A model generated the notes under the pieces. The model saw nothing but the letters and a program-made list of their open reading frames with translations. It had not been told where the DNA came from and did no database searches. From an uncultured delta proteobacterium (lineage in GTDB: Bacteria; Desulfobacterota; Binatia; JACPRU01), in NCBI GenBank assembly GCA_963745025.1, contig CAVUWD010000016.1:160001-224000 (forward strand): DNA of 64,000 bases. Reading direction: 5' to 3'. The position numbers and the translations under genes are program-made. Below, in pieces: positions 45,024 to 54,007 of this stretch. Positions within the stretch are counted from its first letter, which is position 1, and each line of letters begins with the position of its first letter.

Positions 45024-47430
45024 CGGGATCGAGTGTGGCATCGAGCGGCCTCACGGGAGTGAAACGCTGCGAGCGGAGCGCCTCGAGGGCATTCTTCGTT
45101 TCTTCGTCACGGGCGCTCGCCAACGCGCGATCCACGCAGCGCGACGCCGCGTCGCCGCTCTGCGCGCAGGCCAGGAACTCGCGCTCCGCGAGCTCTTCGA
45201 GTCCCAGGCGTTCGTAGAGAAGCGCGTGCGAGCTGCTCGGCGAGAGTCCGATGAAGCCGTTGATCCAAAGCGCGCGCGCGAAGCGATCGCTGAAATCGGG
45301 ATTGTCGGGGTTCGCGCGCATCGCGCGCAGATAGTCGCTCATCACCTCGCTCCACGGAGTCGAGTCGGCGTCCGGTGCGAAGCGCGCGTGGATCGAGTGA
45401 TAATTGATGCCGATGAATCCTCGCCGCTCGGCGAGCAGGCCCTGGCGAAAGTCCACCATGCCGGCGTCGCTCGCGGGAAGGTCGGCGGCGCGGATGAAGA
45501 TCTCCGCGACCGACCAGTTCCATGCGACGGTCGGCTCGAGCAAGCGCACCCGCACGTGGCGCGCCTCGGCGGGCGCGAAGTAGAACGAGGCGCGTCCGTT
45601 GTCGTCGTGCTTCGGGTGGCCGTTCCACCAGTACCAAGAAGGCGCCACCAGTCGCTGGCGCTCCGTCCAGCTCGTGCCGTCGAGCGAGGTCTCGATCACG
45701 GCGGCTCCCGGCGCGTCGCGAATGCGGACGCCGCTCAACAAATGCACTTCCTCGACGCGGTGGGTTTCACCGAGATCCACCGCGATCCAGTCGCCCTTCT
45801 CGCCGCTCCGGTTGGTCGACCACACGCTGAGCGGGTTCCGATCGGCGATGGCGGCAAGGCTCTCGGGAGCGACGCTCGCGGCGAGCCGCCAGCCGCGCGG
45901 CGGCAGCCAGCCGCCGGAGAGGGCCGGCGGCTCGAAGTGGTAGAAGATCACGTAGGGGCCGGCCTCGGCACGGCGGTAGCGGCCGTCGAGCACGCGAAGC
46001 GAGCGCGCCAGATCGTCCGGCGAGGGGGTCTGCAGGATCTTGTGTGCCACGATCGCGGGAGCGGCGGCGTCGTCGACCGCGTCGAGATACGGCTGATAGG
46101 GAATTCCGTAGTAATCCGAGACGATGATCCGCTCGCGCGAGGCGAGCGTCAGCGGCAGCGAAATGCGATCGTGGGCGTAGGCGCGGGTGATACCGAGACG
46201 GTCGAGCTCCGCGACGCCGGTTCGCGCGCCTTTGCCCTCGATCGGCTTGCCCCACTCCGCGTAGTGCCGGCGATCGTTGACGCCGGGAACGATCAGCAGC
46301 GTGAGCAGCGCGAAGGCAGCGGCCGACGAGCGGCGCGCGAGTGTCGCCACCGCTCCGCCGACGAGGATCGGGATCGCGAAGCACATGGGGATCAGGTAGC
46401 GCGAGAAGCCTGCGCTCACACCCCAGTGGCTCTTCGAGTAGAGCACGGCGGTCGTCGCCACGAGCGCGAGCAACATGCCCGCGCCGATCCGGATCTCGGG
46501 CCTCTCCTTGTGGGCGCGCAGCAACTCCCACACGCCGAAGAGGACCAGCGCGACGAACGCGATTTGTCCGTAGCGAAGCCAGGGAGGCGCGCCGACCGCG
46601 CTCGTCCAGAACTGCGTGTTTGCTGCCATCAGGCTGCCGATCGATTCCCAGAAGCCCTCGAGCGAGGTCGTGAGCGGCCTCTCAGAATAATCGGCCGAAA
46701 TGAAATTTCGCAGCACGATCCAGTGGAAGGTCGCGTTCCAGGCGACGAGCGGTGCGGCACCGACGAGAACGCCGAGCGCGAGACGCCAGGCATCGGCGCG
46801 GAAGAAGGCGAGCCGCTGCCGGGCGAGAAAGGCCAACAGCACCGCCGCAGCGAAACATAGGCCGAGCTGGTGACACCAGATCGAGGCGCCAAGGCTCACT
46901 CCGGCGAGCCACGTCCAACGCCGATGATCCGGGCGATCGACGATCGCGACGAGCGCCGCGACGCAGCCGACTCCGCCGAGCGTCACGAAGAGCGCGTAGG
47001 AGTTGACGTCGTAGAACGGGAAATACGCAGGCGCGAGTGCGAGGTAGGCCAGGGCCGCTAGGCCGGCGACCGATCCCCAGAGACGGCGAGCGAAAAGATA
47101 GACGGCGATCGTGCCGACGAAGTTCAGCCCGACGCTCACCCAGCTGTAGGTGAGGATCGGATCGCGGTGGAGCGCGTAGAACGGCGCGAGCAGGTATGAG
47201 AAAACGGTCCCGTGGTAGGGCTCGCTCCAGTTCATCACCGGAGTCTCGCCGCGCAGGATCGCTAACGCCTCGAGCCCCATCGGTGCGCGCTCGTACTGGA
47301 TCTCCTCGAAGTAGGGCGAATAGATCATCGCCACCCGAGAAGCGGCTACGGCGACGAAGGCCGCACCGGTGAGGACGAGCCCGAAATGCCGCCGATCCCC
47401 CACACGACCATCTCGCGACAAGTTCGTCAT
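44998..47430 (-). CDS. GT-C glycosyltransferase with discoidin and TPR-like regions, probably C-terminally truncated
   Basis: YERAPMGLEA, PYHGT, TM block, ADRN..SVWST, W..VDLG, SLDGTSW. Ends just after RFTPVRPLDATL. Confidence 0.78.
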   Translation of the reverse strand: MTNLSRDGRVGDRRHFGLVLTGAAFVAVAASRVAMIYSPYFEEIQYERAPMGLEALAILRGETPVMNWSEPYHGTVFSYLLAPFYALHRDPILTYSWVSVGLNFVGTIAVYLFARRLWGSVAGLAALAYLALAPAYFPFYDVNSYALFVTLGGVGCVAALVAIVDRPDHRRWTWLAGVSLGASIWCHQLGLCFAAAVLLAFLARQRLAFFRADAWRLALGVLVGAAPLVAWNATFHWIVLRNFISADYSERPLTTSLEGFWESIGSLMAANTQFWTSAVGAPPWLRYGQIAFVALVLFGVWELLRAHKERPEIRIGAGMLLALVATTAVLYSKSHWGVSAGFSRYLIPMCFAIPILVGGAVATLARRSSAAAFALLTLLIVPGVNDRRHYAEWGKPIEGKGARTGVAELDRLGITRAYAHDRISLPLTLASRERIIVSDYYGIPYQPYLDAVDDAAAPAIVAHKILQTPSPDDLARSLRVLDGRYRRAEAGPYVIFYHFEPPALSGGWLPPRGWRLAASVAPESLAAIADRNPLSVWSTNRSGEKGDWIAVDLGETHRVEEVHLLSGVRIRDAPGAAVIETSLDGTSWTERQRLVAPSWYWWNGHPKHDDNGRASFYFAPAEARHVRVRLLEPTVAWNWSVAEIFIRAADLPASDAGMVDFRQGLLAERRGFIGINYHSIHARFAPDADSTPWSEVMSDYLRAMRANPDNPDFSDRFARALWINGFIGLSPSSSHALLYERLGLEELAEREFLACAQSGDAASRCVDRALASARDEETKNALEALRSQRFTPVRPLDATLDPVRSSRSSA

Positions 47431-47484
47431 TTCCCGGCGCGTCCTAGAAGACCGAAAAGCCCCCGGCCGTCAACCGGCGTCGTT

Positions 47485-47678
47485 AGCCTTGAAACGAAAA
47501 TGATTTCGGCCGAGAAGCGTGCCGAGCCCGCACCCGACTGCGACGCGTCGCGTCGCGCCAGATGAGCCGCGGGGCCGTCTTTGGAGGCGCGCGAGACACC
47601 TAGGAAGAAGCTCGTGGCGGCCAAGTCGGGTGCGGGCTCGGCACGCTCTACGGGTCCAAGTATTTTCGCTTCAAGGCT
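47485..47678. repeat. 194-bp long-hairpin (MITE/REP-like) element
   Basis: Perfect 24-bp IR at 47516-47539/47624-47647, plus outer IRs agccttgaa/ttcaaggct and cgaaaat/attttcg. Confidence 0.8.
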
Positions 47679-47876
47679 GGGAGGCTGCGTCACGGATCGC
47701 TTTCGTTGGTCGCGATCCCGGCTCCGGCCGTGCCGACTACCGAGCCCGCCCTTGATTCCATCTGGGCGGGGTGCAAGAAGGCGCTGCCTTGACGACCCCC
47801 TTTTGTGAAAAATCCGCAAACGCGATCGGCAGCGGGCTTCCTGGCGTGATGGGGGGAGCTCCGAGGATGGAGGAAG

Positions 47877-48596
47877 GTGGATAGAGTCTGGTGGCTCGTC
47901 GCCTGTGGTCTGACGTTCTCGGTTGCGGCGTGCGGAGGTGGCGGGGGCGGTGGCGGAAGCTCGAGCGGCATCGGGCTCGAGGACCTGAACCAGGATGGCC
48001 GGGTCGCGGTGCTCTGCTTCGGGGATAGCATCACGCGCGGCGTGGGAGATGGCCCGACTGCCGAGTCCTTGCCGCCTTCGCCGGCGGGCTACCCGGAGAG
48101 GCTCCAGCCGCTGCTGGCACCGCGGACCGACCTGCCGCTGGTAGTGATCGACGATGGCGAGCCGGGGGAGCGGACACCGGATGGCCTGGTGCGGCTACGT
48201 CGCGATCTCGAGATCAACAGCCCCGACTACACGATCCTCCTCGAGGGGACGAACGACGTCGAGGACGGTCGCGCCGATGTCGCCCTCGCCAACATCCAGC
48301 GGATGATCGATTCGGTTTTCCAGCAAGGCGGAATGCCGCTGCTCGGCACGATCACCCCGACCTGCTGCAATCACAAGAACATGCTGCCCGAGCCCGCCGT
48401 GCGGTTCTACAACGACCGGCTGCGCGCGATCGCCGCGAACGACTCGATCCCGCTCGTCGACTTCTACGCGGCCTTGGCCGGCGGCCCCGAGGCGTCCTAC
48501 GATTCCACGATCGGCTTCATCCACGTCCCCGAGGGGCTTCACCCGACGCCCGCGGGCTACGATCTCATGGCCGTGACCGCACAAAAGATCTTCTAG
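47877..48596 (+). CDS. SGNH/GDSL hydrolase lipoprotein
   Basis: Lipobox VAAC, Gly linker, FGDS, EGTND, EGLHP. Confidence 0.9.
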   Translation: MDRVWWLVACGLTFSVAACGGGGGGGGSSSGIGLEDLNQDGRVAVLCFGDSITRGVGDGPTAESLPPSPAGYPERLQPLLAPRTDLPLVVIDDGEPGERTPDGLVRLRRDLEINSPDYTILLEGTNDVEDGRADVALANIQRMIDSVFQQGGMPLLGTITPTCCNHKNMLPEPAVRFYNDRLRAIAANDSIPLVDFYAALAGGPEASYDSTIGFIHVPEGLHPTPAGYDLMAVTAQKIF

Positions 48597-48684
48597 GGAA
48601 GGGGGAACGTTGTAGCCGCTGCGAACCGCCGCCGGTAGGAGCCGTGGCAGTTGCCAGCGGTTACAACGTCTCTCCTTTGCCCTA
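48594..48684. terminator. Long imperfect hairpin between convergent SGNH genes
   Basis: taggg/cccta and acgttgtagccgctg/cagcggttacaacgt arms. Confidence 0.6.
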
Positions 48685-49896
48685 CTGCTTCGCCACGTCG
48701 ATCAGGAAGGGATAGAGGAGGTCGGCTACCACGTCGTGGCCGAAAGAATTGAGGTGCTGGTCGTGCTTCCAGAAGACCTTGCGGCGGCCGATCTTCGCGA
48801 GCGGCGGTCCGAGCTCGGCGAGCGGCACGTGGTGCGACTTCGCCCAGCCGCGCACCCAGCGGTCGGGACGGTCGTAGTCGAAGGCGGGATCCTTGGACTC
48901 CGTCCAGAGGATGGCCGGAGCGAGGTCGCCGATCGCCTGCGGGCCCGAGAGGCCCGCCAGCACGAACCGGGCGCCGAGCATTCTCGCTTCGTGGCGGGCC
49001 ACCTCGAGAAGCTTACCCGTGCGCTCGAAAGCCGCCTGCCATTCGGGCGTCAACGGGTTGCGGTAGACGCCGAGCTCGGGACTCATGAGATCGGCCGGTG
49101 AGATCGTGCGATCGAAGCGATCGAGGTGCTCGGCGTAGTACTCGGTGGCCGCCTCGGCGATCAGGCCATTCAGCCGCGAGCGCGGCACGATCATGAGCTT
49201 CTGGAAGAATTCGAGCTTCCGCGGAGCGACCTTGCCGATGTACCGAACGCCGAACTCGGAGGCCTCGCGGAACGTCGCCGGATCGTTCTCCATGAAGTCG
49301 TTGCCGCAGAAGAAGAGCAGCAGAACGACGTCCGGCTTGTAGACCGGCCCGTACGTTCGGAGCCATTCGATCTCGGCCTCCTGCGCGCTTCGGCCCTGGC
49401 CGAACGCGATCACCTGGTAGGAGCCGCGGCCGAGAGGGTCCTCTTTCGCGAGGCGGGCCTCGAGGCGCTTGTGAAACGTCTTTTCTAGGGGGACCTCCCA
49501 TGCCGCGACGTAGGAGTCGCCGAGCACCATGATCCGGTAGGTGCTCACCGAAGGGCGCTCGGGGGCGTAGTCGCGGTCGTGGAAACCGAGATCGTTGAGG
49601 GTGACCGGCGTGGCGTAGTCCTCGACGGCACCCGGCATGTAACCGAGGTAGAGGAACTGGCTGTTGCGGCCGAGCTGGTATGTTGCGCGCACCTTGTCGG
49701 ACAGGAGCACGGGCATGCGGAAGCCTGTGAGCCGAAGCGCCGCTTCGGCGGCGAACGCCGAGAATCCCAGCGCGAGCAGGGCCAGCGCGAGACCCGTTGC
49801 GACGCGCCGGCCGCCGGCGAAGCGCCCCGCCGAAGCTCTTCGCGGTCGCAGCGATGCGGGATCGTCCCCAACCTTCGGTGGCGCCGCGGTGCTCAT
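48682..49896 (-). CDS. Membrane-anchored SGNH hydrolase/acetyltransferase-like protein
   Basis: N-terminal TM (AEAALR), NDLGFHD, VLGDS, GND, DQHLN..GH. Confidence 0.85.
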   Translation of the reverse strand: MSTAAPPKVGDDPASLRPRRASAGRFAGGRRVATGLALALLALGFSAFAAEAALRLTGFRMPVLLSDKVRATYQLGRNSQFLYLGYMPGAVEDYATPVTLNDLGFHDRDYAPERPSVSTYRIMVLGDSYVAAWEVPLEKTFHKRLEARLAKEDPLGRGSYQVIAFGQGRSAQEAEIEWLRTYGPVYKPDVVLLLFFCGNDFMENDPATFREASEFGVRYIGKVAPRKLEFFQKLMIVPRSRLNGLIAEAATEYYAEHLDRFDRTISPADLMSPELGVYRNPLTPEWQAAFERTGKLLEVARHEARMLGARFVLAGLSGPQAIGDLAPAILWTESKDPAFDYDRPDRWVRGWAKSHHVPLAELGPPLAKIGRRKVFWKHDQHLNSFGHDVVADLLYPFLIDVAKQ

Positions 49897-50120
49897 TCCG
49901 GTCAAGGCGTGGTGAGGAAACGGCGTGGAGAGCCGAACTTCGGCGGTCGTCCTCCGGCGCGGGTCATCTCCCTTGTCGCCATGCGGTTTCTACGTAATAT
50001 GATACGTAGCACGCGGATTCGAACGTAGAAACATCGGGCCGGCGGAATCGCTGGCATGGATCAGCTGCAAATTTGACGCTCCCCGGCGATTCGAGGAAAC
50101 AGCCGTTACGTAACTTGTCG

Positions 50121-51656
50121 ATGACGAAGAGGCACCTATGGGTCCTCGGGGGGCTCCTGCTGGCTGCAGCAGGGTTCCGCTTCTGGGGCCTCTGGTGGGG
50201 CGCACCCGAGCGGATCGATCTCCATCCCGACGAGATCGAGCACGTGATGAGCCACGCGCTCGCGGTCTCGCTCGCCGACCCCGATCCGAAATTCCTGAAC
50301 TATCCCTCATTCCTGATGTACCTCATCGCGATCACGAACGGCCTGCTCGTGCGCCTCGGCCTCGTCAGCGCGCCGTGGCAGTCGTACATCGTCGCCCGGT
50401 CGATCGTCGCTGCGTTCGGCACGGCCACGGTTGCGGCCGCCTACTGGCTGGCGAGCGGGATGACGGGCTCGCTGCTTGCCGCGACGCTCGCCGGGCTTTG
50501 GACCGCTCTCCTGCCGCTCCACGTCTGGGAGAGCCACTTCGCGGTGACGGACGTGGTCATGACGTTCTGGATCCTGGTCGCCCTCGCGTGCTCGGTCCGA
50601 ATGCTGCGCCGGACCGGCGTTCGGGACTACATGGTCGCCGGCGCCGCAATCGGTCTGGCGATCGCCAGCAAGTATACGGCGGCGCTCGTCGGCCTCTCGC
50701 CGCTCGCGGCCTCGCTGCTCGCGCCGCGGCCGGTGGCGACCCTCGTCGCGGGCCTCGCGGCCCTCGGGCTGACGGCGCTCGTTTTCGCCTTCGCCGCCAC
50801 GCCGTTCAGCTTTCTCCACTTCAGCCAGTTTCGCGAGGCGATGGCCTTCGAATACCAGCACGTCCACAGCCTGCACTACGGCTTCGGTCTGCCGGCGGTC
50901 GGCTGGCAGTACCACAAGTACGTCTACGAGCTCTTCGCCGGCTTCCCGTTCAGCATGGGGTTCGCGCTCTACGCGAGCGCGGCGGTCGGAACGGTCTGGG
51001 CGCTCGCGCGGCTTCGCCGGGAGTTCGTCCCCGTGATCGCCTTTGCGGTCCCGTTCTTCGCGATCCTCGGTGACTGGCCGTTCAAGCCGTTGCGCTACCA
51101 GCTGCCGGTGCTGATCGTCGGGGCGATCTTCGCGGGGATCTGGCAGGCCGCGTGGCTCGAGAGCGCTTCGCGCGCGTGTCGGGTGGCCTCGGCCGTCGCC
51201 GTCGGCACGACCTTCGTCTACACGGCGCTCTTCACGTTCCAGACGACCGATCGGCTGCGTCACGACACGCGCATCGAAGCGGCACGCTGGCTCGACCAGA
51301 CGCTGAAGCCGGGCGAGCGCCTGCTCCTCTGCGGCTACAGCCCCTACCTGGCGATTCCTACCGACCCGCGGATCCTGGTGGAGGCCGACAACGAGGTGGT
51401 GATCAGTAAGCTCGGCGGGCGCACGGACTTTGATCTCGTCGAGATCACCTCGATGCACTACTGGCGGCACGAGCGCCATCGTCACCCCGCGTTCCTACCC
51501 GCCTACCAGCACCTGCGGGAGGGCCGGACGCCGCTTCACCTCGTCAAGACCTTCGACGCCGACTTCCTGAATCGCGATCTCTATCGCCGCCTCGACCCGA
51601 TGTTCGCCGGGTACTTCATCTCGCCGACCCTCGAGTTCTATGCGCGGACTCGGTAG
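50121..51656 (+). CDS. GT39/PMT-like membrane glycosyltransferase
   Basis: RFWGL.WG, HPDE, P.FLNYPS, ESHFAVTD, ASKY, RY.LP, DTR..A..W. Confidence 0.85.
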   Translation: MTKRHLWVLGGLLLAAAGFRFWGLWWGAPERIDLHPDEIEHVMSHALAVSLADPDPKFLNYPSFLMYLIAITNGLLVRLGLVSAPWQSYIVARSIVAAFGTATVAAAYWLASGMTGSLLAATLAGLWTALLPLHVWESHFAVTDVVMTFWILVALACSVRMLRRTGVRDYMVAGAAIGLAIASKYTAALVGLSPLAASLLAPRPVATLVAGLAALGLTALVFAFAATPFSFLHFSQFREAMAFEYQHVHSLHYGFGLPAVGWQYHKYVYELFAGFPFSMGFALYASAAVGTVWALARLRREFVPVIAFAVPFFAILGDWPFKPLRYQLPVLIVGAIFAGIWQAAWLESASRACRVASAVAVGTTFVYTALFTFQTTDRLRHDTRIEAARWLDQTLKPGERLLLCGYSPYLAIPTDPRILVEADNEVVISKLGGRTDFDLVEITSMHYWRHERHRHPAFLPAYQHLREGRTPLHLVKTFDADFLNRDLYRRLDPMFAGYFISPTLEFYARTR

Positions 51657-51658
51657 CA

Positions 51659-51713
51659 GGTCATTTTGGCGATCGGTGTCTTTTTCACCAACCGTTCAGA
51701 TCCCAAAATGACC
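51659..51713. terminator. Stem-loop directly after the GT39 gene
   Basis: Perfect 11-bp IR ggtcattttgg/ccaaaatgacc with inner gatc and ggtg/cacc pairs. Confidence 0.55.
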
Positions 51714-51800
51714 CACAGCCGCGGACTCCTAGGGATTGAATTCCGTGTTCTCCTTCCGCAGCTTGGCGAGGTGCTCCGCTGGCGAGCGATAGCGTACCTG

Positions 51801-52796
51801 ATGGCGGCGGCGGCGCTCGGCCTCGCCGTCGCGACCGCGGTGCATTTCGGCCCGCGGCTCTACTATCGCGTGGTGCCGCCGAAGAAACACGGCCACCCGA
51901 TCGGGGAGGCCGAGGCGGCAGCGTTCGCGGAGGCCGCCAAACGATTCTCGGGACGCATCGTCTGGTCTTCGAATCGATCCGGCAACCACGAAATATATCT
52001 CGTGGACTTGCGCGGCGGAGCCCCGGTGCTCGAACGGCTGACCGACGATCCGCACGTCGACAGCTTTCCGCGCTTCTCTCCCGACGGCTCGAAGATCGTC
52101 TTCAATCGCAGCCGAGAGCCGTGGGTCTCGGACCGAAACCCCGAGCCTTGGGACGTCTGGATCATGGACGGGGGCGGCCGCAAGCCGCGGCGGCTCGCCG
52201 AGCGGGGCTTCCATGCGAGCTTCACGCCGGACGGGCGCGCCGTCGTCTTCGCGCGCGATGCCCAGGTCGTGCGTCATGCGCTCGGCGACGACCACGAGGA
52301 CGTGCTGGTCGATGCCGGGAAGACGCTCGGCGGCTGGGGGCAGGAGCCGGACTTGCGGGATCAGCGCCTGGCCGTCACCATCCGCGGCGCGGTGTTCGGC
52401 GCCTTCGGCATCTACGATCTCGGGGCGCGCAAGTTCACGGCGTTTCCCGGCGATTCCTGCCAGATCGCCTGGTGGCCGGGCGAGGAGCGATTGATCTGGA
52501 TCGAGGGCCATCAGGGAAACGGCGGTACCCGCGTCGCCTGGGGACCGAGCGACGGTAAGCGGGTCGAGACGCTGATCGATCTTCCGGGGAAATACAGCCA
52601 CGAATACTTCCCGCGCTTGAGCCGCGACGGGAAGTGGCTCGTGTGGGCCGCCTCGGCGGGAGACCACGAGCCCGGCCGCGCGGACTACGAGATCTTTCTC
52701 TGGAAGGTCGGCGAGCCTCGCGAGCAGGCGCTGCGACTCACCTATCACACCGGCAACGACCAATGGCCGGACATCGTGCCGAGCGCCCGGCAATGA
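51801..52796 (+). CDS. TolB-like PD40/beta-propeller protein
   Basis: IVWSSNRSGNHEIY, PRFSPDGSKIVF, SFTPDG, PRLSRDGKWLVW. Start uncertain (may be upstream, 51708). Confidence 0.82.
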   Translation: MAAAALGLAVATAVHFGPRLYYRVVPPKKHGHPIGEAEAAAFAEAAKRFSGRIVWSSNRSGNHEIYLVDLRGGAPVLERLTDDPHVDSFPRFSPDGSKIVFNRSREPWVSDRNPEPWDVWIMDGGGRKPRRLAERGFHASFTPDGRAVVFARDAQVVRHALGDDHEDVLVDAGKTLGGWGQEPDLRDQRLAVTIRGAVFGAFGIYDLGARKFTAFPGDSCQIAWWPGEERLIWIEGHQGNGGTRVAWGPSDGKRVETLIDLPGKYSHEYFPRLSRDGKWLVWAASAGDHEPGRADYEIFLWKVGEPREQALRLTYHTGNDQWPDIVPSARQ

Positions 52797-52812
52797 CGTC
52801 GCGGGACGACGA

Positions 52813-54000
52813 ATGAGGCTTCTCTGGATCGCCCCGCAGGCGTTCTACAGCGCTCGCGGCACGCCGATGAACGTGCGCCGTCTCGCCGAAGCGATCGCGA
52901 CCGCCGGCCATTCCATCGATCTCGTCACCTACGGCTTCGGCGATGACGTTCCGCTGCCGCCGAGCGTCCGCATCGTGCGCGCGGGACGATTGCCATTCGT
53001 TAGCCACGTGCCGATCGGGCCGTCGCTCGTGAAGATCCTGCTCGACGTCCGGGTCTTTCTCCGCGCCTTGCGGCTGTTTCGCTCGCCGCAACCGCGCTAC
53101 GACGCGATCCAGGGATTCGAGGAAGGGGCCTGGATCGCGGCCGCGCTATCGCGCCTCTTCGCCGTGCCGTTCGTCTACGACATGGACTCCGACATCGAGG
53201 CGCAGCTCCGCGAGTCACGGCTCCTTCGCTGGGTGGTGCCGCTGGCGCGGCGGATCGATCGCTCGGCCGTGCGTGACTCGATTGCGGTGCTGACGGTCTG
53301 CGCGACGCTGAGCGAGCGGGTGCAACGGCTGGCGCCGGGAAAACCGGTGTTCCAGATCGAGGATGCGCCGAACGTGATCGCGTTCGGCGATCGGCAGGCT
53401 GCGCGCCGCGAGGTCGAGCGCCGGTGGCAGCTCCCCCGCGGTCCGCTGATCGTCTACACGGGAAACCTGGAACCGTACCAAGGCGTCGATCTGCTCGTCC
53501 GCGCCGCCGCGGCGGTCTCGGTGGAACGGCGCGATGCCGTGTTCCTGATCGTCGGCGGCAACGACGCGCAGGTGAGGCGGCTTCGCGAGCTCGCTCGCGA
53601 GGTCGGCGCCGCGGATCGAGTGGTCCTGCTCGGCGAGCGGCCCGAGACGGAGATGCCCATGTTTCTGGCCAGCGCCGACGTGCTCGTCTCGCCGCGCAGC
53701 CTCGGCACCAACACGCCGCTGAAGCTCTATGCCTATCTGATGTCGGGGTGTCCCGTGGTGGTGACGGATCGGCCCGTGCACACCCAGGTGTTGTCCGCCG
53801 AGGAAGCCGTGCTCGCGTCGGCGACGCCGGAGGGGCTTGCGGAGGCGATTCTCGAAGTGCTCCGCGATCCCGAGCGCGGCGCGAGGATCGCCCGAAACGC
53901 CCTCGGGCTCGTGGCCACGCGCTATTCCCCCGCCGCCTTTGCCGACAAGGCACGCGCCTTCGCCACGACGATCGAGTCGCTGGTGGCGGAGCGTAAGTAG
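52813..54000 (+). CDS. Glycosyltransferase family 4
   Basis: APQAFY..RGTP, YTGNLEPYQGVDLL, ADVLVSPR..GTNTPLKLY.Y. Confidence 0.92.
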   Translation: MRLLWIAPQAFYSARGTPMNVRRLAEAIATAGHSIDLVTYGFGDDVPLPPSVRIVRAGRLPFVSHVPIGPSLVKILLDVRVFLRALRLFRSPQPRYDAIQGFEEGAWIAAALSRLFAVPFVYDMDSDIEAQLRESRLLRWVVPLARRIDRSAVRDSIAVLTVCATLSERVQRLAPGKPVFQIEDAPNVIAFGDRQAARREVERRWQLPRGPLIVYTGNLEPYQGVDLLVRAAAAVSVERRDAVFLIVGGNDAQVRRLRELAREVGAADRVVLLGERPETEMPMFLASADVLVSPRSLGTNTPLKLYAYLMSGCPVVVTDRPVHTQVLSAEEAVLASATPEGLAEAILEVLRDPERGARIARNALGLVATRYSPAAFADKARAFATTIESLVAERK

Positions 54001-54007
54001 GCGCACG

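Noticed and set aside
47624-47640. Resemblance of agtcgggtgcgggctcg to the left flank of cloverleaf A (agtctcgggtgcgagcgctcg)
   Set aside because: Short, gapped and GC-rich; not shared with copy B and plausibly chance.
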